A stretch of DNA of 64,000 nucleotides from Marinobacter sp. (GTDB taxonomy: Bacteria > Pseudomonadota > Gammaproteobacteria > Pseudomonadales > Oleiphilaceae), in contig NZ_DATFKH010000120.1 in the NCBI RefSeq assembly GCF_035268745.1, forward strand, positions 21,161 through 85,160, given 5' to 3'. Below the pieces are notes generated by a model. That model was not told the origin of the DNA. It saw only the letters and a program-made list of their open reading frames with translations, and did no database searches. Shown in pieces: positions 11,062 through 18,470 of the stretch. How positions within the stretch are numbered: position 1 is the first letter of the stretch; every line of letters starts with the position of its first letter. The position numbers and the translations under genes were made by a program.

Positions 11062-12513
11062 TCAAGCCCCGTTTGCCAGTAACTGGCGATAGTGTCGGGC
11101 CTTCGGGGTTACCTGGCGCTTATCGAATTCTTGCGCCAGCAGCCGGCAGGCTTCGTCCGCCAGGCTCTTGTCGCCGGCACTGCGAAGGCGTTCGAAAGCT
11201 CGCTCGGCGGATTTCAGATCGTCGTTACGCAGGCAGGTGAACAGCACCCGGTTGTGATCCTCCGCCGCCAGTGGAAAGTGGCTTTCTCCCAGCTTCATGT
11301 ATTCGGCCCAGACTTCAATCGTGCGCTCTGGCTGGCGTGCGTTCAGCTTTTCATTCATCAGCTTGCGGGCGTATTCGCGATAGGCAGCCCGGTCCGGCCG
11401 GAGCTTGGCCAGCTGGTAGAGGTGCTCGAGCACAACGATCCGGTCGGGATAGTGCTCCCGCAATGCTGCAAACTGCCGCTCGGCAAGATCGAACTCCATA
11501 CTGCCGAGGCTCGCCATGGCCCGGGCATAACCGGCGGTGAAGCGCTCGTCCTGCTCGTCTTCTTCCGGTTGGTAAAATTCCTCCTTGACCTGGAGCCAGC
11601 TTTTGCCCAACAGCCAGACCAGCCCAGCCCCGGCCACCAGTCCGCCCGCATGGGCCATGTAGGCGATGCCGGTGGCCCCGGCGAACCAGTAGTCATAAAC
11701 CTCCTTACCCAGCCATACCGGCAGCATCGCCAGTGCCGGCGCGCGGAAGTAGTTGAAATAGACCCCGACAAAATAGAAAAAGCGGATTTTCTGCAAACCG
11801 TAGATGGCCACGTACATGCCCATCAGACCGGAGATGGAACCGGACGCGCCCACCAGCGGCACGGTGCTGCCAGCAGAAAACGCCGCGAATACCAGGCCGG
11901 AGATGGCGCCACACGCCAGGTACGCCAGCAGAAAGCGGGCAGCACCCAGCGCTTTCTCTACGGTGAAACCGAGCAGAAACAGAAACACCAGGTTGCCGAT
12001 AATGTGGCCCCAGCCACCGTGAAGAAACTGATAGGTCACCAGGGTGTAAACTGACAGTTCGGCAGGCACCAGTCCCAACTGGTTGGCGCTCAGGCGGTTG
12101 ACATATCGCTGCTGGATCTCGCTGCGCTGGGCCAACCATGCCCGGCGTTGGTCTGAAGCCCAGATCAGGCCCCGGTTTTCCAGCAGGTACTGATAGAATT
12201 CGTTATCGAACAGAAGGGTGGCCGCAATCCAGACCTGTTCGCCCTGTTCCTGCAGGGTATTGAAGCCCTCCAACCGGGAAACCAGTTCTTCCCTGCCTTC
12301 CAGCCGAATCTGGCGTTGCAGATAATCCTCGTAGGCCGGTGCCTCCAGTACCTGCAGGTCCGCATTCAGATAGGCTTCCAGCGCCTTGTTGGCGAGCCGG
12401 TCATCGTCGCCCTGGTAAAACACAAAGACCAGAAAACAGGCCATGACCAGGCTCAGTGTCATCCAGGGCGGGCGTTTCCAGTTGACAGGAGTTTCCGCAG
12501 GGATAATCAGCAT
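11062..12513 (-). CDS. Rhomboid family intramembrane serine protease with C-terminal TPR-like domain
   Basis: FLHGGWGHIIGN, catalytic GASGS, second catalytic His in AYMAHAGG. Soluble helical tail. Confidence 0.9.
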   Translation of the reverse strand: MLIIPAETPVNWKRPPWMTLSLVMACFLVFVFYQGDDDRLANKALEAYLNADLQVLEAPAYEDYLQRQIRLEGREELVSRLEGFNTLQEQGEQVWIAATLLFDNEFYQYLLENRGLIWASDQRRAWLAQRSEIQQRYVNRLSANQLGLVPAELSVYTLVTYQFLHGGWGHIIGNLVFLFLLGFTVEKALGAARFLLAYLACGAISGLVFAAFSAGSTVPLVGASGSISGLMGMYVAIYGLQKIRFFYFVGVYFNYFRAPALAMLPVWLGKEVYDYWFAGATGIAYMAHAGGLVAGAGLVWLLGKSWLQVKEEFYQPEEDEQDERFTAGYARAMASLGSMEFDLAERQFAALREHYPDRIVVLEHLYQLAKLRPDRAAYREYARKLMNEKLNARQPERTIEVWAEYMKLGESHFPLAAEDHNRVLFTCLRNDDLKSAERAFERLRSAGDKSLADEACRLLAQEFDKRQVTPKARHYRQLLANGA

Positions 12514-12515
12514 GG

Positions 12516-12541
12516 ATTGTCACAATTCATCATTATTCGCC
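12516..12541 (+). promoter_or_regulatory. Putative response-regulator direct-repeat box (copy A)
   Basis: ATTGTC-acaa-TTCATC-atta-TTCGCC with a 10-bp period. 20/26 identical to copy B at 17645-17670 (minus strand). Confidence 0.5.
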
Positions 12542-12748
12542 TCGCCAGACCTGCTTTTTACCACAGCATGGCCTGTTTTTCGCGGTGTAATAAATCTGCA
12601 GCGAAATCGTAGGACGATCAGGGCGCTGATACTGTGAACGCAGCCGCACCGACGCCATTCGACCTGTCGCTTATGGTAATTGCCCCCACCGGCATCAATA
12701 ATACCGGGGGCAAAAGCAACAAAGGCCTGAAAATCAGAGGAATCAACC

Positions 12749-13183
12749 ATGACTGTACTTGTACTCGACCACACCAGGCTGATGGCCCAGAACACTTTTG
12801 CCGCCGCGGGCGGAGGCCCGGATGATTGCCCCGGGCGACCGCACCGCAAGCGCTTCCACTTCGGCTTCAATCAGCACCGGCTGAACCCGGACGATCAGGC
12901 ACTGCTGCGCCAGCACGCGGTCTGGCTGAAGCACAACCCCGGCGCCTGCCTGCACATTCACGGCCATTCCGATGGCTTCGGTGTAAGCGAATACAACCAG
13001 TTTCTGTCGCGGCTCAGAGCCAGTAGCGCTGCCAGGCTTATGCTCAGTGAAGGCGCACGGGAAACCCAGATTGTCATCAGTGGATGGGGCAGCGACCGGC
13101 CCCTTGCCAGGCTGGAGGATCACGCCGCCAACCGGCGCCTGGAGCTGGAGTATATCACCATGGATATGGCACAGGCCCTGTAA
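12749..13183 (+). CDS. Stand-alone OmpA/Pal-like peptidoglycan-binding domain protein (possible PdsO equivalent)
   Basis: FHFGFN..L, GHSD..G..EYNQFLSRLRA, GWG..RP, NRRLE. AGAGGA RBS. No signal peptide. Confidence 0.82.
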   Translation: MTVLVLDHTRLMAQNTFAAAGGGPDDCPGRPHRKRFHFGFNQHRLNPDDQALLRQHAVWLKHNPGACLHIHGHSDGFGVSEYNQFLSRLRASSAARLMLSEGARETQIVISGWGSDRPLARLEDHAANRRLELEYITMDMAQAL

Positions 13184-13201
13184 TCCGCCCCTGGGCGGGG
13201 A

Positions 13202-13606
13202 CTAGCCGTAAACCTGGAACACGTTCCAGAACAGCAGCAACGACAATACCAGAATGGCCAGCCAGGTCAGCAGGATGCCCACCATGCGTGCCATGTGTGG
13301 GCCACCACGGCCATTGATCATGCCAAACGCGTGGAGCAGGCGCCCCGCCACAAATGCCATCCCGGTCCAGTAGACCAGCGTGCCCGGCACGCCATTGAGC
13401 TCGGCGATGGCCAGCATGATCAGGCCGACTGGTGCATATTCGACCAGGTTGGCGTGAGCCCGCACCGCGGCCTGAAAATCGATATCATCGCTTACTCCCA
13501 GCCCCTGCCTGAACTTCAGGCGATAGCGGGAAACAAGAAAAGAAAGAACAAGTAGTAACAGCCCCAGAACGGCGGCGAAAACTGCAGAAACAGGTACGAT
13601 CATCAT
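13202..13606 (-). CDS. MAPEG family membrane protein (YecN-like)
   Basis: VRAHANLVEYAP and GRLLHAFG motifs. About 4 TM helices. Confidence 0.88.
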   Translation of the reverse strand: MMIVPVSAVFAAVLGLLLLVLSFLVSRYRLKFRQGLGVSDDIDFQAAVRAHANLVEYAPVGLIMLAIAELNGVPGTLVYWTGMAFVAGRLLHAFGMINGRGGPHMARMVGILLTWLAILVLSLLLFWNVFQVYG

Positions 13607-13848
13607 CAGGCCTTCTTGATTGCGCTAACCACGGCAAGTAACAGCACTGCACCCACCGTCGCGGTGACCAGTTCCCCCACCGCGCCCTGGGCCGCAAGCC
13701 CGAGCAGACGGAACACAAACCCTCCCAGGATTGAACCCACAATACCGATACCGATATTGGCCATGACGCCAAAACCGCGACCTTTCATGATCAGTCCCGC
13801 CAGCCAGCCGGCAATACCACCAATAATCAGAAACAGAATCAGATTCAT
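13606..13848 (-). CDS. GlsB/YeaQ/YmgE (transglycosylase-associated) membrane protein
   Basis: 80 aa, IIGGIAGWLAGLIMKG..G...NI.IGIVGS...ATVGAVLLL. Confidence 0.9.
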   Translation of the reverse strand: MNLILFLIIGGIAGWLAGLIMKGRGFGVMANIGIGIVGSILGGFVFRLLGLAAQGAVGELVTATVGAVLLLAVVSAIKKA

Positions 13849-13925
13849 AACCTACCCCTTTGAGTTATGCGGCAAGACTGCCCGTTTTCATGACCCGCTT
13901 CAAGCATTTCCCGCCCGGTTGGCGG

Positions 13926-14639
13926 TCAGTCACGAATCGGGGCCAGGGTGGCAATCGTCGCCGCCATGGTGTCGTGGCACTCCCTGATCAGCCCGGGAAT
14001 ATCATCCCGGGTAAGGCCGGCGGTTTCCACCGGGGGCAACACCCTGATGGCAACCGGTTCCCGCCGGCCGGACCAGCCGATCACCTTATCCTGATACTGG
14101 CTGACGCACACCATGGTGATGGGTGCCCCGGCCTCCACCGCGGTGTAAAAAGCACCTTTCTTGAAACTCTGCAGGCCCCGCCCCCGGCTGCGGGTGCCTT
14201 CCGGGAACACCCACAGGCTTTTGCGCTCCCGGCTGATGGCATGGGCCGCGGCTCGCATGGCCACAACGGCCCGGTCGGAGCGGCTGCGATCCAGCATCAC
14301 ATTGCCGCCAAGCCAGAAAACCTGGCCGAAAAAAGGCACCCACACCAGAGCCTTTTTACCCACCGTTACGGTTCGCGGCGGCAGCAGCCCGCCCAGCATG
14401 AACAGGTCATCGTTGTGCTGGTGATTGGCGATAACCACGGTCGGGCGGTCGACCGGAATATTTTCCCGGCCGCTGACCGTGCATTTCATCCCCAGCAGGG
14501 CACAACCGACTTTGGCGATTGCCCAGGCCAGATAACGGTTATTATCAGGGTTAAAAGGCCGCGCCAGATAGAAAAGCAGGGCGAAAAGACAAATAATGAG
14601 GACACTCATCCAGGCCAGAAATTTTCTCAGCAATCCCAT
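13926..14639 (-). CDS. plsC: 1-acyl-sn-glycerol-3-phosphate acyltransferase
   Basis: NHQHNDD (HX4D), FPEGTRS, FKKGAF. Confidence 0.92.
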   Translation of the reverse strand: MGLLRKFLAWMSVLIICLFALLFYLARPFNPDNNRYLAWAIAKVGCALLGMKCTVSGRENIPVDRPTVVIANHQHNDDLFMLGGLLPPRTVTVGKKALVWVPFFGQVFWLGGNVMLDRSRSDRAVVAMRAAAHAISRERKSLWVFPEGTRSRGRGLQSFKKGAFYTAVEAGAPITMVCVSQYQDKVIGWSGRREPVAIRVLPPVETAGLTRDDIPGLIRECHDTMAATIATLAPIRD

Positions 14640-14672
14640 CCAGATAACCCTGATCTAGTTACCAAGCTGAAA

Positions 14673-14796
14673 GAAAGTAGGCGGACACGTCCATTCAGGA
14701 CCGTATGCAGCAGGGATGCTGCATCCGAGCCTACATGGATGTATTCACGGCGTGTCCTGAATGGACGTGTCCGCCTACTTTCCTACTCATTAGTAA
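14673..14796. repeat. REP/REPIN-like inverted-repeat element
   Basis: Perfect 29-bp arms 14673-14701 (GAAAGTAGGCGGACACGTCCATTCAGGAC) and 14754-14782. Internal hairpin ATGCAGCA-ggga-TGCTGCAT. The right flank recurs at 39164. Confidence 0.8.
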
Positions 14797-14808
14797 TGGC
14801 GCACAGGT

Positions 14809-15408
14809 TCAGCTTTCGACAACTGCCGCCAGCTCGCTGCCAATGGCCTCTGCGTATACTACGTAGCGTAGCGGTCCGTTGGCCTCAATGCTATTGAAGG
14901 GATAGCAGGTTACCAGCAGCAATGAATCGCGGGGCAGCATGGACTCGTTGATCCGGTGGTAACGGCTGTCCACCACCCGGGTACTGCTGATCCGGAAGCT
15001 CCGCCACTGACCGCCACGGCTCTGGAGCTTCAGCGTAGCGCCGGTTTCAAGATGCTCCAGGCTTCGGAAATGGGTATCCCGATGACCGGCAATCACTGTT
15101 GGCCCGGCGTTCTGGTCGCCGCCAACAACCTGGCCAGGGCCAAAGGCCAGACTTTCACCATGGGCTCCATCCAGCACGATCAACGACTGCCGGCTTCCGT
15201 CCCCGTCCTCGTCGGGTTGCAGGACGAGGCGGGCCACCGGCCAGGTGTCCGCCCAGGGCCAGGGGCGAACCTGCATCTGGCGGGCCTGGCTCTCCGCCCA
15301 GGCCAGCTCGAGCAATTCCTGGGCGACCAGTGCCTTGAACGGAATCCAGAGGCCAAACGCCAGTATTGCAAAGGACAAGACGGTAGTGAGCATGCACAGG
15401 TATTTCAT
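14809..15408 (-). CDS. Class GN (marine proteobacterial) sortase
   Basis: Catalytic IAGHRDTHF, LVTCYPF and LRYVV. N-terminal TM. Probable start at 15408 overlaps the target gene stop (TGATG). Confidence 0.9.
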   Translation of the reverse strand: MKYLCMLTTVLSFAILAFGLWIPFKALVAQELLELAWAESQARQMQVRPWPWADTWPVARLVLQPDEDGDGSRQSLIVLDGAHGESLAFGPGQVVGGDQNAGPTVIAGHRDTHFRSLEHLETGATLKLQSRGGQWRSFRISSTRVVDSRYHRINESMLPRDSLLLVTCYPFNSIEANGPLRYVVYAEAIGSELAAVVES

Positions 15409-17534
15409 CACAGCGCCCGCCATTTCAGCAGGCCAATCGCTGCACTGAACATCAGCCCCAGCAGACCCAGCGCCTGGAACAATGGCGCCAGGGTGGCGGT
15501 CTGCGGATAACGCAGCATTCCTGAGGCCAGCCCGGCAGGCAGCAATGTCGGGACGCTGTCAGCAGCCATAGCTGCCGATTCCGGTCGGGACGGCGTTCGG
15601 TCCACGGCCAGAAAACTGGTGTAGGGCGTGATCAGGTCATGCTCCAGGCCCAGGGCCGTGACCCTTGTGGCGATATCGCCCCGGGCCGGCGCTTGCGGAT
15701 CTTTGCCAAGCGTGTGGGCATCCAGCAGGGCATCAATCTGCTGTCGCGCCCATACCCGGTGCAGCCCTTTGCCGCTGGCGGCCTGTTCCAGACTGAGCGA
15801 TTGTTGCCAGGTACTGCCGTCAGGCAGTATTCCTGACACCTGCAGATCCCCCTGCGGGGCCTGACCACGAACCACCTGACTCAGTGGCTCGCCGCGGAAC
15901 AGATCCCCGATCCGGTGCGGCCGGGCACTCTGTTGCGCTGACGCATCCGGCCACTCCATGCGGATATTGGTTAACACCGCCGACTGCATCTTGCCGAACA
16001 GCTCAGCAAGACGGCGCTCCAGATCCGACCTGCTGTTGATGGCGGTGTGGGTGCCACGGCCAAAACGCGCCGCCTCGCGCATGAAGTGCATGTTGGGCGC
16101 CGAACCGATGCCCACGGTAAACAGGCGGGTGTCCCCCAATTGCTGCTCGATACGCTGGAACAGCGCCGATTCGTTACCCACCGAACCGTCGGTGATAAAC
16201 ACCACCTGACGCAAGCGCTGAACACCGTCCGGCGTTTGCGATACGGCCCCGGACTTCCGCTGATTCAGGGCAGCATCCAGCGCCGAAGCCATTTCCGTGC
16301 CGCCCTCTGCCTCCAGACTGCGGACATAGCGACGGGCCCGGGCCAGATTATTACCACTGGCAGGCACCGGATCGATAAACAGTGAGGCGGTCTGGCTGTT
16401 GAACTGGATAACGTTGAACAGATCGTCCGGCCCCAGCGTGTCCAGCCCCCGCAGCAGCGACTGTTTTGCCTGAGCTATGGATTCCCCCGCCATGGAGCCA
16501 GAGGTATCGATCACAAACACCAGTTCCCGGGCCATCTGCTGATCGGATTCCAGTCCCGGGATCATCATCGCCAACAGGTAGCTCTCGCCCTGCCACTGCT
16601 GCTGGAAAACCGCGGCGGAAGGCGTCATTCCCCGTGCTGGCGCCCAGCGAACCACCAGATCCCGATCCATGGCGAAGCTTCCTGCGCTGGTGGTTACCGC
16701 CACCGAATTACCATTCCAGTTACTGGCCAGCTGATGGCCGGGGCTGCTGACCCGGCTGACCGGCAGGCCGGCCCTGATGCTCATGGTGATGGTCGCCTGA
16801 TGGCTGCCAGCGGCCACATCCTCGGGCAAGACCGTATGGGGGCTGATGCGGTCGGCGTCCGGCACTGCGGTGGTCGGGCTTGCCCAGCCACCCTGCCAGG
16901 CCGTCGCGCCATCGCGAACAACCTTGCCCGGCATATAGCGGGGCGTCAGGGTCGTTGGCAGGCGTAGCTCGAATTCCCCGGACTGATAACGCACAGGCTG
17001 CTGATAGCTGAGATCAATGGCAATCGACTCTCCCGGTGGAATGTTCGCCAGATGCGTGGTGAACAGGTTGGGCCGCTGCTGATCGACTCTCGCCACCTTC
17101 CGGCCTTCGCTTCTGGCTTTGGCGTATTGCTGTCTGGCCACCTCCTTTTCCCGGATTTCTCCCCGGATAAGGCGCTCGCCCGCCATCATGGTCAGGCCGT
17201 AGACACTGGCTTTTGCCGGCAGAGGAAAAACATAGACGGCTTCCCGCCATTGCCGGCCCGGATTGCGGAAAGTCTGGCTCAGGCGCACATCCGCCACCAG
17301 CCCGGTCACCTCGACCTGATAGTCGGTGCTTACCAGCGTTGCCGATTCCAGCCCGGGACCCGGTGAGTCCAGAAACCTCAGCTCACCGGCGCCTGCAGAG
17401 GCTTCGGCATACATGGGCTGGACAAACAGAAACAGCAACACCGCCAGCCACAGCGAGATGTCCTCCATTATCCGGCGGACACGCCTGGCCGGGATGGGTG
17501 ATACAGGTCGGGACAGCGAACAGGTTGGCAGCAT
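15408..17534 (-). CDS. Marine proteobacterial sortase target protein (VIT + vWA, LPXTG-like tail)
   Basis: VIT domain (EAVYVFPLP), vWA MIDAS motif FVIDTSGSM and FITDG. C-terminal YPQTAT + TM + KWR. Confidence 0.9.
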   Translation of the reverse strand: MLPTCSLSRPVSPIPARRVRRIMEDISLWLAVLLFLFVQPMYAEASAGAGELRFLDSPGPGLESATLVSTDYQVEVTGLVADVRLSQTFRNPGRQWREAVYVFPLPAKASVYGLTMMAGERLIRGEIREKEVARQQYAKARSEGRKVARVDQQRPNLFTTHLANIPPGESIAIDLSYQQPVRYQSGEFELRLPTTLTPRYMPGKVVRDGATAWQGGWASPTTAVPDADRISPHTVLPEDVAAGSHQATITMSIRAGLPVSRVSSPGHQLASNWNGNSVAVTTSAGSFAMDRDLVVRWAPARGMTPSAAVFQQQWQGESYLLAMMIPGLESDQQMARELVFVIDTSGSMAGESIAQAKQSLLRGLDTLGPDDLFNVIQFNSQTASLFIDPVPASGNNLARARRYVRSLEAEGGTEMASALDAALNQRKSGAVSQTPDGVQRLRQVVFITDGSVGNESALFQRIEQQLGDTRLFTVGIGSAPNMHFMREAARFGRGTHTAINSRSDLERRLAELFGKMQSAVLTNIRMEWPDASAQQSARPHRIGDLFRGEPLSQVVRGQAPQGDLQVSGILPDGSTWQQSLSLEQAASGKGLHRVWARQQIDALLDAHTLGKDPQAPARGDIATRVTALGLEHDLITPYTSFLAVDRTPSRPESAAMAADSVPTLLPAGLASGMLRYPQTATLAPLFQALGLLGLMFSAAIGLLKWRAL

Positions 17535-17644
17535 GATTCCATTTCCTTTCCAGCGTGAAAACCAGCGCCCGGGTGCAAGAGCGGCTGGTCACTATTGAAA
17601 CCTCCGGAAAGGACCATCCGGTGCCGGAAAGCGGCGGATTAGCC

Positions 17645-17670
17645 GATGAAAAATGATGAATTGTGGCGAG
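17645..17670 (-). promoter_or_regulatory. Putative response-regulator direct-repeat box (copy B)
   Basis: Minus strand CTCGCC-acaa-TTCATC-attt-TTCATC, between the divergent target gene and pdsR. Confidence 0.55.
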
Positions 17671-17765
17671 GGGGTGCCGCACCCTTGTTCTGCAGCAGTA
17701 CCGTGGTTAAATGGAGGCTTCCATCCCCGCTCAGGGGCAAGAGTCCAACAGACTGGCTCAAGGTT

Positions 17766-18467
17766 ATGAAACGTCACCTCGTGCTCATTGAAGATGAACC
17801 TGCCATTCGCGAGAACTACCGCGATGCGTTTGAACGCCGTGGTTATCGGGTGTCGGCCTACAGCAACCGCAACAGCGCGTTTCAGGCACTGCGGGCAGGC
17901 CTGCCGGATCTGGCAATCATTGATGTTGGCCTGGGCGACGAGCCTGAGGGCGGATTTACCCTGTGCCAGGACCTGCGCGTACTGTCGCCAACCCTGCCAA
18001 TCATCTTCCTGACCGCCCGGGACAGCGATATCGATTCAGTCCACGGGCTGAGACTGGGCGCGGACGATTATGTCACCAAAGACATGAGCATGGATCACCT
18101 GCTGGCGCGGGTAACCGCCCTGCTCCGCCGGGCCGACGCCTGGTCGGAAGCACTCAGACAGCCGGACGAAGTACTGAACCGCGGCCGCCTGACGCTGAAC
18201 GTGGACCGTATGACGGCCCAGTGGGACAGCCACGCCATCGAACTGACCGTCACCGAATTCTGGATGCTGCACTCACTGGTTCAGCACCCGGGCCATGTGC
18301 GCAGCCGCGACCAGCTGATGGACGCCGCCAGCACAGTGCTGGACAATAATACCGTCACCTCCCACATCAAACGCATCCGCAGAAAGTTTCAGGACGTGGA
18401 CAGTGCCTTTGACGGCATTCACACAGCCTATGGCATGGGTTACCGCTGGAACGCCCATGAGGCCTGA
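17766..18467 (+). CDS. pdsR: Sortase-system OmpR-family response regulator PdsR
   Basis: MKRHLVLIEDE.AIRENY, receiver + wHTH, TVTSHIKRIRRKF..YGMGYRW. Start set at the in-frame ATG 17766. Confidence 0.85.
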   Translation: MKRHLVLIEDEPAIRENYRDAFERRGYRVSAYSNRNSAFQALRAGLPDLAIIDVGLGDEPEGGFTLCQDLRVLSPTLPIIFLTARDSDIDSVHGLRLGADDYVTKDMSMDHLLARVTALLRRADAWSEALRQPDEVLNRGRLTLNVDRMTAQWDSHAIELTVTEFWMLHSLVQHPGHVRSRDQLMDAASTVLDNNTVTSHIKRIRRKFQDVDSAFDGIHTAYGMGYRWNAHEA

Positions 18468-18470
18468 TTC

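Noticed and set aside
9535-12513. The two convergent genes are both exactly 1452 bp (483 aa)
   Set aside because: No sequence similarity between them. Most likely coincidence.
12680-12713. Bulged hairpin TTGCCCCC...GGGGGCAA in the OmpA leader
   Set aside because: No U-tract in terminator orientation and no recognisable riboswitch motif.
12634-12825. 63-aa ORF overlapping the OmpA gene start, as a possible frameshifted N-terminus
   Set aside because: Not signal-peptide-like, and ATG 12749 has its own strong RBS.
14673-14782. Repeat element as a CRISPR or IS
   Set aside because: Inverted rather than direct repeats, no spacers, no cas or transposase gene.
13860-14897. 345-aa plus-strand ORF
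   Set aside because: Antisense to plsC and reads through the REP element. No protein-like features.
17596-17645. Superficial resemblance to a c-di-GMP-I riboswitch (CCGGAAAGG)
   Set aside because: Lacks the GGCAAACC and GACGCAAAGC conserved segments.
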